Assembly: GCA_000708835.1 (NCBI GenBank)
Contig: DF236955.1
Coordinates: forward strand, 310,001-374,000
Length of the DNA stretch: 64,000 bases
Source: Klebsormidium nitens
Lineage: Eukaryota > Plantae > Klebsormidiophyceae
Reading direction: 5' to 3'
A model generated the notes under the pieces. The model had not been told where the DNA came from and did no database searches. It saw only the letters and a list, made by a program, of their open reading frames with translations. Positions 24,652-36,128 of the stretch are shown here, piece by piece; position 1 is the first letter of the stretch, and the number at the start of each line of letters is the position of its first letter. Both the position numbers and the translations under genes were made by a program.

Positions 24652-27600
24652 CTATTCTATGGTGCGGGGCTTGGTAACTGATGTCCTGTTTCTGCAGTCT
24701 AGAGAGTTTACCTCGGGTGCTCATCGGGTTAGAAGCAGAAAGCAAGAGCGTTCTGCCTATTCTCTACCAATACCTAGTCAACGCAAGGCGGTCTTCGCGC
24801 TCGTTAACTCATATAGTGCAAGGTCCCATGTTACTGATCAAGTTAGGGAACTGAATTCGCCTGAAACGAACATGGAGCACGCAGTTAGTCGACGTTATCT
24901 GATCCAGTCGAATCAAGTGATGTCGCTAGCTAGGCTTGTGGCCGGAATACGTTCATTAACAAAGCCAGGGTTGAACGAGATAGGCGGGGGTGTAGGTCCT
25001 GAGGTTATAATGCCAGCCTCGCCTTTTTTAATTGTCATCTTCGAACAGCTCTGTGTGCCTCGGTTGCATTGAATTCAAGACCAGACTAATTGCCTACACG
25101 GAAACGTAGGGATTGAAGTGCGAGGAAGCGGAGGCAAGGCTCACCGTTGCTTCATTTCCTGCTTGGCAATGACCCTCTCAACTCGGATCTCAAAGGGCGT
25201 GCTGTGAACCCTCACTTTCTGGTCCTGATACAAGCAGCACAGGAGAGAGTCCATGAGATAAAGTGGTAGACGTTTTAAAAACGCTGAAGTGTGTACTGCC
25301 AGAAGACGCCGCGAGTTGTCTATTCAACAGATACAACTTGCTCAAAGCTTTTCAGATTCAGACAAGCCGCCCATGGCTCCCCTCCGAAGTGCTGAAGTCA
25401 GTGCCGATCTCCCCATAGCGCGGCTGCTAAACACCTTCTGGCCCGATCTTATACTCGAATCCCAACTCCTCTTTACCGGTAGAAGCAGTCCGCATCCGAG
25501 CAGCAGCGCTGTCCGTGAGCCTGCGAAGAAGCCAGCGCCCTTCCTCACCTCCTTGTACTTGTCCGTCCGGTTCGGAATGCCCCGTCCGTCGTTCGCAAGC
25601 ACCGGCGTCGGTGTCCCCGGGTCCTCGAATCCCCCGGGCACCTCCACCGTGTTCTCCTGCACCTCCCACATCCCGGTCCCCCCCCCACCTTCCTCCCCGG
25701 AGCTGCCCCCCCGAGAGAGGTTCCTCGCGCGGGACCGCGCCAGCCGCCGCATGACGTCATCCTCGTCGCTCGGGCGCGGGTCCGCATTCTCCTTGAACTC
25801 CGGGAGCGCGGAGAAGGCGTCCAGCTCGCCGTTGCTGCCGTGCGAGTGCCGCCGCCGGTGCTTCGGCTTGCTCGGGGGCCCCACCGGGGGCTCGACAGCG
25901 CTCTGGCTCGACGAGCTGGGCCGCGCCCGGTGGGCGTCGTCCCGGGGGATCCCCCTGAGCTGGCCCACTTCCTGAAGATTGGCCCATGCACGCGCGCCCG
26001 GGGGGGTTTCCGGGGAGTTCTCTGCGGCGTCATTGGTGACTTTCCGCGGCTGCTCGGACGTCCGGTGCAGCTCGTCCGACGAGTCCTTGGGCAGCCTCTC
26101 CCGCGTCCGGAAGGGTGACGGGACAGCGTCCGTCTCCAGTTGCTCCGATTTGGGCCGGCGGTGGTCCACTTTCAGGTGCGGAGCGAGTGGAATTCGACTG
26201 AGGCCGCCACCCGGGTGGTTGCTACCGGTCGCAGGGGTGGGTCTCGGGGGAAGGCCGCTGTGAGCGGCGGCTTGGGGCGCCGTTCTTGGCGCAGATTTAG
26301 GGTTTGGAGCGTCGAAGGAACGGCTTCGAGCGACCTTTGGCTCCGGTACCGGCGGCTTGCGGGACTCGACCTCGGAAGAGGTGCGGGCGAGTACACGGGT
26401 CACCTGCACGAAGGAGGAGGAAATGGCATCAAAGGCGGTTCACCTCTTGTATGACCATGCCAAGAACAGCAAGCAAACCGTGAAAGTCTCTGATCAATAA
26501 GCGGACGAGCCAAGCTCGCGCCAACCGTTGGAGGTTCTCCTTCATTGTCGTGCTTTGGAGCCGAAGCTCAGATTCCCTCCGTCATCGGTGTTTGATCCTG
26601 AAGACGTGGTGGTGACAAGAATGATACGGGAGTCCTGCTTGGTCAAACACCTCTGAATCGCTGCCTGTGATCCTGAGGCAGGCTAATCGGAGACTTCGCA
26701 ACCATACCCTTCAACCTCCAAAGTCCCAAGAAGATGCTCACCTGTGCTCCTGCGCCGGTCCTATGGTGCTGAGGCTGATCCACCGTCACCCCTGCGCTAC
26801 CGGGACCCCTTTGCACTGACGCCTGACTCGACGTCAGCCCGATCCTGAACGGGTTGTCCACCTGAACCGACTCGCTGCCGGCCGAGCTGGCCGCCGACGC
26901 CGTCGTGCGTGCAGACACCGCGCGCCGCGGGACCGGGGCCTCAATCGCCGGCTGCCTCTGGCCTGCCACGTGGCTGGTCGGGAGTGGTCGTTGCACGGTC
27001 GGAGTCTCCGGCTGATGCTGCAATGCGTCTTGGCCCTTGCCAGAGTGCCTGCGCAGGGGGCTGAGGGAGGGGACAGCTGGCACCTCAGCTTCGACAGCTG
27101 GCGGCAAGAGTTGCGGGGATTGACTTGGCGCGTGCTCGTTTGCACCGGATCTCCAGGGTCGGAGCTTTGTTGGGGAGGCGAGGACCCTTTCCGGCGGATC
27201 GTGTTGGGCTTCTCTGCTCGAGATTCGGGGGGGCATCTCCTCAGGAGCTTCCGGGCTGTGCAAAAGGGCCCCTGTAGTGAGCTGCCGGGCCCGCTCCAGC
27301 AGTTCCTCGGCCTTCGTCTCCGGCTCCCACAGGGCCTTCCGCGCCCTGGCTTCGGCCCCTACTCGTCCAGACGCTCCACCGAGGGCCCTGTCTTTAGGGG
27401 ACCCCCACCCCGGGGCGCCCACCATAACCCCTTTGAGAGCGAGCCGCTCGCGGGTGTTGAGAAGCTGGGAGGGGGACGAGACTCGAGGGCTGCGTTCGGG
27501 ATGCTCGATCGTGGTTAACGGATTGCTCGGCGACTCAGCCCCAGTCAACTGTACAGGCTCTCTTCGTTCGTTTTCTTCCTGGCCCATGCTATCGTCGGAC

Positions 27601-30600
27601 TGCAAGGCGGGGGCTTGAGGCGGGGAGGGGATCGGTGACTTATGGGCCCGCTTGGTTCTGCTAGGCCTTTTCCCCGGGCTGTCTAGCTTGGCTGGCGAGG
27701 CGAGCTTCTGAATCGCAGCATCCGCTAACGAAGGAGGACCTGCACGAGTTCTTGCTCAGGTCAGAGATCTGGTCCCGCTTGGGAAGGAGTCTTGGGCTGT
27801 TAGAAGTACCAAGAGTGATATTAGGAAACAGAAAAAGGGTTGTCCTTCATCATATAAGAGGAAGATAAGGTTTCTACTTCAGGTCCGGCTGAATGCTTCA
27901 ATAAGCCAACACCAGCGCCTGTGACGAGACTGAGACAACCCTTCAGCGTGATGTCCACCTTGCATATGCATCCGCAAATTAAGCGTCTCTGCAGACAATG
28001 AGTTTGACTGCAGTGAACCCACTCTCAGTCACAGACCCAGCATTGAGGAAGAAGCAGCCACGTCTCCGCTTTTGATAATCTTGCAGGAGGGAACAAACGC
28101 AGAAGCTTTTCCAGATCCTTACCCCGCTTCCCAAAGCTGAAGGAGTCGCTTGGTTCTTCCTCAGCGACAGAATCCACCAGACTGCTCGCTCTGTAGCTTC
28201 CCTTCCTGAGGGGTTTGTTTGTGGCCTCTGATTGGAGGTGGTCAGCCCGGCCCCTGCACTCGGAAAGAGGACCTAAGCATCATGCCTTACTCAAAGCGTA
28301 CCTCATGCCAGCCAAGAGTCGATAAGCTTTCTCCAGTCAATTGTGAACGACTGTTATCATCATGACCTAAATTGCAAAAGCTGGGAGTCGAGAAACAAGA
28401 GAACCTTTCCAACCGCTGATTGCATCTCATACGTGCAAAGGATGATCAGCATGGTCACTTCGATCTGAAAAAGCTCTGAGGAAACAGCGACTGCTCGTTC
28501 TAGCAGAAGTCTTCTATCAAAAAGCTCAGCGGCTGTCCTTACAATGTCTGAGTAAAATTGTCTCGATTGGAAAGTCGCGCTTTCAGTTAAAAAACGATTG
28601 CCCCGCCGTTTTGAAAGAATGAAGCATACAAGTTTGCTAACTCCTCTTACCTTCCTGCCCTTGTGTCTGGAAGCCAGCCCCCAAATGACATGTCAGAATC
28701 AGATTCCGCTCGGTTGGAATCCACCCTCGTCTGGTTTCCTTTCCGTTGGCCCGCCCCGGGGCCCCGCCATTCAAGAACCCCCTCTCTATGCCCATCTCCG
28801 AGCACGGAACCACCAGCCCACTCAGCTGCAGCGTCATCTTCATCCCAAGCGGGGGCTAATTGGCTCAAGTGAGACTCTGCCAGGGGCTGCCGAACAACAT
28901 CTTTCGTAGGGGACCGCCCAGCTGCCTCCGCCGCCTGATTGGCCTGCCGCCTCGCCAGTCGCGCCTTTGCACGATCCTGCCTCGACTGCCGCCGCAACGC
29001 CTCCCGCCGTGCGGCCGCTTCCGCGTCTGCCTCCTCTAGTTGCGCTGCCGATCCAACTGGACCAGCTTCCTTTTCACCTAGTTTTGCGTTGCTTGCTGCA
29101 TTCAGGTGTTCTGTGGCCCCTTCCGCGATATCTGCGCCCGTCAAAGAGCTCTTCCCGGCCCCGCTTGAGTCCATCCTGTGACTGTGTTCTTGCGGGGAGC
29201 GTTCACCGGACGGCCCGTGGCTCTTCCTCCGCGCAATAAGCACCCCGCTGGGCGGCCCAAGTGGCGGTGCAGTTCTGCGGGCTCGTCGATCATTCTCCAA
29301 AGAACCTTCCGCCCCCGAGCTCCTGTAGTCCCTCTCCGAGCTGCTTTCTGGTTCTCCGCTCCCATCATCAGCCGACTCCCCTCCTTCCTTGCTACCCCTC
29401 TGCAACGGCTCATTCTCCGAAGGTTTGCTGTTCTGCTGGGATGGTGGAGCCTGTTCCCGGGGTGGGCTCGACACAATGGGAGAGCCTAACTCCACCATGT
29501 CTTGCGCGTCCAGACTGAGTCCCAGCAGGCCACTTCCCTTGCTTGGGGGCTGCTTCGCTTCAGTCCGCTCGCCATCCCTTTCTGCGACCCCTTTTCCCGT
29601 CAGCCGGCTCATTTGCTCTGGAGAACCGTTTGCACCGACCACCGACTCGCAGGTGTCTTGCTGCGCTGACCTCTGTGTTGCGAGGACAGACGAGAGCGGG
29701 CCTTGCTCGGGACCAGGGGGAAGGGGTGTCCCAGTCAGCACGGCATCCGGCGACGCCTCTCTGACACCACTGTTGCTGACTCTGAGTTTCTCCACCTGCA
29801 ATGAAAACAATAAGAGACGGTCAGACTGTTAAAAGAGACTCGAGGTCAAATCCTCTCGGCAGTCTGAAGGTCCACCTGCTTCTAGGTCCTGCAAAAAGAA
29901 CGTCAACCCCTGCTATACTTAAGATTCGACTTTCTGTGGAATGAAAGGAAGAGTTTGACAAGAAGCGTGGCTCTCGTGTTTGAGTATACATAGGTCTTGA
30001 GAAGTCGCAACGAGGGTTTCCTTTTTCCTTTAGTGTGGACAAGATTAAACAGCAGTTAGTTGGTGGCAAATTACGCCCTTCAATGTCCTAACATGAAGGC
30101 TTCAACAATGCCTTGAAAACCCATCTCTATCAACTTAGCATCGGGCCTGCTTCAATGACGTGACCAAGCAGCGAGAAAGTTTGGTAGGCAAAAACTTGGC
30201 CCGAGTCCGGAGATATATCTCGGCCCTGGACGCACCATGAGCTTGAGCCTGTTTGCCTCCTCCTTCTCGTGCATCAGCCGCTGCCTCAGGTCCGACACCT
30301 CCCCATTCAGCTCCTCCACCTGCTCCCAACTGGGGCCATTCTCTTGCACCGGCGACGGAAGGCCGTCTTCCCAGTCCTTCTTCCCCAGTGCTCGCCTCTC
30401 CTGTTCCAAGTTCACAGGCAGCGTGTTGCTGCTGACCATGCTTCCCATCGTGCTGATAGACGAGCCGCCGGGCCGGATGCCCGCGGTTGTGCCGGAGGAC
30501 GTGCTGTGCTCCACCCATTGCTGGCGGTGCTTGGAGGGGGGCCGCTTGAACGGGCGGAGGCCTGCAGCGAGCATTCCAGTGTGTCAAAGCTGAGTCCCAA

Positions 30601-31190
30601 TCTTATTCGCTTCGCACAATTGATGTCAATCATTGCGCAAGGTGACAAGAGGGATCCCTTGCTAACTGGAATGTAGATAAGAAGTTTCACGACAAGCAGT
30701 CCCAAGGAGTTGCAGGAGATATCTGTGGTTGCAGGAGATATCTGTGGTCTAATGCATTGAAGCAAGGCAAGTGCAACCTGTGTGCAAGCATCGTCTTCTT
30801 GAAAAGAAACTTGACTACACCAGTAGCACCAAGATTGGGGGTGATAATCGGGCAAACGACGTACCCTCAGGTTCGGCAGGGTCCTCAGTTGCCACCACCT
30901 TCCTCCGAGTCCTCCGCTTGGTGTCCTGCAAAAGTCATACACATATTTGTCTTAAGCCTTGCAAAAAGACGACCACCGTACAATCACCACATGGTGCTCA
31001 ATCTGGTCCCATCGCCGTGATTGCAAGGCTACTTTGTTGCACTCTGACTTTAAATCCAAACGGTAAAACCCTTTGGCAGGGAATCTCAACCTGGTCCAGT
31101 GGTCAGTGGACATACCTGCTTTGGGGGAGACTTGGGTTCCACCCTCTCTGGCTCGGGGCCAGAGCCCAGACATGAGAAAAGGTTGCCCAT
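24652..31190 (-). CDS. JAS: JASON-like protein, 9 exons, ~1,227 aa: 31190-31116, 30925-30865, 30561-30236, 29795-28651, 28226-28123, 27739-26742, 26403-25549, 25224-25145, 24691-24652
   Basis: All eight GT-AG joins are phase-consistent and total 3,684 nt including the stop. The N-terminus is MGNLFSCLG. The spliced C-terminus DGRGIPNRTDKYKE|DQKVRVHSTPFEIRVERVI matches the conserved plant JASON motif (GIPN.T.KYKED..V.WH.TPFE.RLE.AL) as I recall it. Confidence 0.75.
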
Positions 31191-31916
31191 GCTACTCTGC
31201 AGACAGCTTTTGACAAGCAGCACAAGGTGAATCTAGGCCTGGACCAATTTCATCTATTTTTGCAACATGGACAAGCCTCAAGATACCCAAAGGAAGGCTT
31301 TGATAACTTCAGGCGTTGCTAGTCCATTGCTAGTCCTTAGGCTTTAGCTAATTTCCAACATCAGGCTAAAATGTTTGACAGGGTCAAGTATCAGGCAGAG
31401 CTTTGGCAACAAGCGATCTCTAGGCATCTCCCCGTCAGGGCCCTCCAATGTCGTTGCACATTTCCCATCAAAACAAGCCCCTCCGACCTTTCTCTTCTTG
31501 CATCTTGCATCCACTCATCCGGAACTCTTGCCAAGGATTGAGTCTGGAACTCTGATGCAATTTTGTCCTATGAACCACAGCTACCCCGCATGCACGCTGA
31601 TTGTACCGTTCGTAGGTCACAGAAAGCCGTTATAACCCATCGAATTCCGGGATCGTACGGCAAGGATGAGAGAAAGTTCATCGACGGTTGTGTTTTGCAC
31701 TGTCAGTGTTCGCCTTGCCGGGGCCGGCTTTGCCCGGTCCAAACCCATTCATGGCAGACATACTTCAGTGTTAAAGTACCTGTAGAACAACGACTGCATA
31801 GGCGCACCTGCAAATGTGACACTAGCTTGGAAACAAAGTCCGGCCAGTTCAAAGATCAGAGTGCCGGGCAAATTTAAAACATTTATATATTTACAAAGTG
31901 CTAACTCACCACACCT

Positions 31917-31989
31917 GCCGCAATAGCTCAGCTGGGAGAGCGTAAGACTGAAGATCTTAAGGTCCGGCGTTCGATCCGCCGTTGCGGCA
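31917..31989 (+). tRNA. trnF-GAA: tRNA-Phe (GAA), intronless
   Basis: GCCGCAA...TTGCGGC-A acceptor stem, D arm AGCTCAGCTGGGAGAGC, anticodon arm TAAGA-CT-GAA-GA-TCTTA, T arm CGGCG-TTCGATC-CGCCG. Confidence 0.97.
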
Positions 31990-31995
31990 GACTTC

Positions 31996-32000
31996 TTTTT
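31996..32000 (+). terminator. Pol III oligo-T terminator of tRNA-Phe
   Basis: TTTTT begins 7 nt after the tRNA 3' end, with a second T5 run a few bases later. Confidence 0.6.
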
Positions 32001-33051
32001 AGCATTTTTGCTTGTTACGTTCATCCTCTTTGTCCCTGAACTGACTGGATAACTTGGTACTACGATGAAGAGAAATGATAGTAGCGACCAACTTGAATCT
32101 TAGCACATGCTCGAGTGCTGGTCAATGTGAACTGGCGCGCTGCAATGGTGCATGCATCTACAGTAGGCACTACGACTATTCGACCTCACATGAGGCGTGG
32201 CACATTGCAGGTTGCGCGACTGCCTTCTGAACGTTCTCGCACTTATACAGCGTATCAATACAGCTCCTCCAACCGAGCAACCTGCGAGCTTTTCAGTGTC
32301 GACTTTAAAAAGACCTGGCAATCTCAGTAAACAAATTGCGGGCCAAACATGCGGCCTAGCGCTCGAGTGGACGCCGGCCCCTCGCCGCCGGCTGTGCACT
32401 ACAGTAAGTGGCCGCCCTAACAACTGGGCCCGGCACGGCCGTCAATCAGTGCTCTTATATGTTGTTGAAATGTTGAAATGTTGAAACGTTGCAATCATGG
32501 TTATTCGGCATATGCATTGTCTTGGACGCGGTCAATTGGTACTTCCTTCATTTGGTCAAACCCACGCAATCTTCATTGTGATGCTCAGTAGCCTTTGACT
32601 GAAAAACGCATATATCATACACGCCAGCGGATGGCTTTTTGATACCAAATTAGTACCGTACACTTTGGATATGCTAGGATGACACATGAGCACTAGGTCA
32701 AACTGAGGGTCGCATTCAAAAGCTGCGCGCGCCAAAATCAACTTGCTCAACGGCTGTTCAAGTACAGGCTATTTACCAACTCGGAAGAATCTGCCAGCTA
32801 TGGATCCGACCGTCCTAGCACACTTCTTGGAGGACCGTCGACGATCTTTCCATTGAATTAAAGCCTACGTACCTAAAAGACCTGATTACCCATGAAATGT
32901 ATTAGTCTCCTTCAATCTAATAACGATCTACCCATTCCTGCATGCACCTTTCGGCAGATTCTGAAACGAGTAGGACACCTTCTAGGACACCTTCTATCCC
33001 TACCATTCTAGGGGACTCTTGCGAAATCGAGACCGTCTGTGTTGCTATTGA

Positions 33052-35184
33052 CTACTTTCCGAACAATTTGCTCAGGAAGCCTCCCTGTTTCTTGTTTGCT
33101 GCGCATTCAACATGAGCGTACCTACCCCAACTATCCTTCTGCCGTGGGCTCGATGAAGTATCCTTTTTGCAGATATAACACGTCTTATCCACCCACCCGT
33201 CTTCAACATACTGATAGGCAACAAAAGAACAGGCTTGTCAGAAAAACGACATGCCGAGCAGAAATCAACACGGTGTCACAAATATTTGGCCCCCCTCTAG
33301 TGGTGGGACGAAGGAGATCAAAGTCCGCACCTGGTCGGCCGACAAATACGACCCGCTCGGACATGGCGGCCGACATACTCGTATGATCCTCCTTTTCTCA
33401 ACTACTGATACTTATGACTGGAAAACCTACCGCACTGCATAGGGCAGTGAATGGAACCAGGCAAATATATATGTAGCCCTTAAAAGGCTTACTCAGAGAT
33501 ACAAAGACGTTGTTCCATGATATCGCATACCAGTGGTTTAGTATCTGTAGGCCTACTCAGGGCCCTTACAAGAACGAAAAAAAGAGCTTATATTTTACTG
33601 CCCATCAAAAGGCACATGAGTCATCGCATGTACCATCTTTCAAGACCTGCAGCCTCTTACTTCGCACCAAAAACAAACTCCGACAAAGTCTGCGAGTGCA
33701 CTCAAAACATGTGATTGAGGTTTCAAGTGTCACCTACCGCTCCTTTGACGTCCACGGAGTCCTTGAAGAAGTCGCGATAAGTTCCTCCAATCTTCCTCCT
33801 CAGGGCCCCATACTGCAAGATCACCGGAAAAAGTTCAGAACATACTACATATAGTTGAGAAAATAAATGGCCCACTAGAAGAGCAAGACCATGCACACCA
33901 TGCTTGTCAGCCCAGGAAGTATTCTGTCAAGACGACTGAAGTTTCTGCAGCGAGTGATGGAGTGCCAAGTCAGCAGTACATCAAGGTGGTTTACAGCTAT
34001 ATGCTCGAGCCACCGTCAACCACCAACGGCCACTTTCTGCAGAACTTTTTCAACTTTTACTCGGTGGTTGTTGGCATAGTTTTCTGATGTCATATACGAG
34101 TTTGTTTTTGACTTGCCGCGGAGCCTCCAGAAGAAGGCCTCACTTAGTCATGATGGACTGAAATCCCCAATGACCCCACTCACACCCACAGAATGAGAAA
34201 GACGATACTGCCAAATGTGTGTTGCAATAGTTGCATTTGAAACATCTGGACTCCAGTCGAGCTGACTGAACGACATCCTGGGAGCAGAACGACATCCTGG
34301 GAGCACTCAGGACGCTGAACATCACAAACCTTGAGAGAAGAGATAATGGAAACAGCTCACCTGCTCGCGAGACATCCGCTCCCCGCTCCTTACTTGCGCC
34401 CTGGCATCATCAATCAGGTCTCTATCCTTCTCAGATCTCACCTGCAAAGACTTCCGTCTCAAAGTCAGAATTGTTCAATGTGCCCACCAAAGAAACAAAC
34501 ACCCTCAGAGTCTGCTTAGCGCCACTTATCCCGGCCGACAGCCTATCGGACATGCAAAACTGAGCTTGAAGAGCAATGTTAGGCCACCCAGTTTACCAGA
34601 ATGAACTCTTAATGACCAACGTGACTTCTTCAAAAGAACGACCGTACACACATCTCAAGAACTACCATATCAAATACACTGCAAACATACTAACATGCGG
34701 TGCCCAGCAACACATAAAATTCGGAGTGAATACTAGGGGTATCCTTGAATGTGGTGAGGATATCTTTGAGTCTGGTAATTCTACCCGTCAGTTGCAAGCT
34801 CTGAGACAGATTGAAACAAGGGGCACGAGGGTACAAGCAAGAGCCCCTGCGACAGACATAATGTTGACGGAAGGCAGCAAATCTTCCTAATGCTTGACAT
34901 GATAGATCAGATCAAGAGCAACTCACCGCTGCGAAATCCAAAGCCTCTGCAATGCCCGACAAGAAGCCTTGCTTCTGCTCATCCGGCTTGTCGTCCTTCT
35001 TTGCTGCACATACGTGAACACCTTGTCGTGCCCGCCGTGCTTCTGACACATTGAATTTGGTGCATGTTGGTATTCTGCGCCCAGCAAACGCTGATGCTGA
35101 GCTGGAAGTCTGTGCCGCAATATTCCTTGTACAACTCAGGATCTGAAGATCTGCAGCCGCAGCATGGGCTGCAACTTGGGCCAT
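33052..35184 (-). CDS. Conserved plastid-targeted protein of unknown function with a C-terminal CxxC...HxxC motif; exons 35184-34927, ~34440-34360, ~33803-33738, 33210-33052
   Basis: An Ala/Ser/Arg-rich transit-peptide-like N-terminus, then spliced GFLSGIAEALDFAA|VRSEKDRDLIDDARAQVRSGERMSREQ|YGALRRKIGGTYRDFFKDSVDVKGA|YVEDGWVDKTCYICKKDTSSSPRQKDSWGRYAHVECAANKKQGGFLSKLFGK*. This resembles a conserved green-plant family that I recognise but cannot name. Confidence 0.8.
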
Positions 35185-36128
35185 TGCTATCTCCAAAGAC
35201 TAATTCTCTCAGACCGCTACCGATTGTACAGCTCCCCCAGCCTTCGTCGCGACCGAAACTTTGTCCCGATTCTTCTTCCTGTCAATCAATCTGAACTCTT
35301 CAACTCAAATTCAAATGCAAGGCTTCTCTTTGTCCTTTAGTACTTTGTCAGTGAGACATGGGCTGCGAAAAGGACGCTATCTGCCTTCTGAAAGAATGCC
35401 GCAATGCCGCCAACTTCGCCTCCTGCAAGCAGGTCTACAGCGGGGTCTACAGAACCTGGCTCTGACTTTGAGTCTGAGTCTGAGTCTGTTAGCTGCAGAG
35501 GCCCTGCCAAAACTCCTTGCCCACATTAGGCCACGTCCTTCCACGTTAACAACGCGACGCGTGTCTCTCATCGGGCGGGCTAGTAATGGATTGGGCAACT
35601 TTGAACGGCGGAGATCGGAACATAGACCCCTCCGCGCGCTGCACTCCTCCCAGATACGGTTGACATCAATTCGCGGCCTCACGGATGAGACAGTCGGGCG
35701 CCTCCAGGCCGCTCACCCAGCCTCACCCGCCCTCTCCCCATACAGGCTATAGATAGTCCACGCTTCACCAGCGCTGGTGAAAAGCAGCGAGGGGAGAGAG
35801 GCGATTCCAAGGCCGTTTTACTGCACCTGTTGCTATGTTGAATTATTCGCACATGTTTGAGCATGCAAAATGCATTATCTTGGCGCATATATTGTTGGAC
35901 CCATATGCATATGTTCCATTGCAGCGGGCCGATTATGATTGTTGTAAGACATGCTGACGGGCGCGGCATGCCAACCACCTGCTGTACATACGTCATTTGA
36001 GGAACTCACATGAATCATGCATGAATGTAGAATCTCGTCTTCGCGATCATTGTTCAATCCCGGACGAAGGAAGGACTAATTGATCATTCATTGCTGCAGG
36101 TTGAAGAATATTCATGTCTGACTCGCAG

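Noticed and set aside
25342-25548. Read-through C-terminus VRKGAGFFAG...SEKL of the 355-aa ORF
   Set aside because: A strong GTGAGG donor at 25548 splices in phase to the JASON motif exon, so this tail is probably intron.
35261-35752. Plus-strand ORF with a hydrophobic stretch, as the candidate missing 5' exon of the phosphodiesterase
   Set aside because: It lacks the expected HVLLISxDG and SDSFP-type motifs, and the hydrophobic run comes from a CTGAGT microsatellite.
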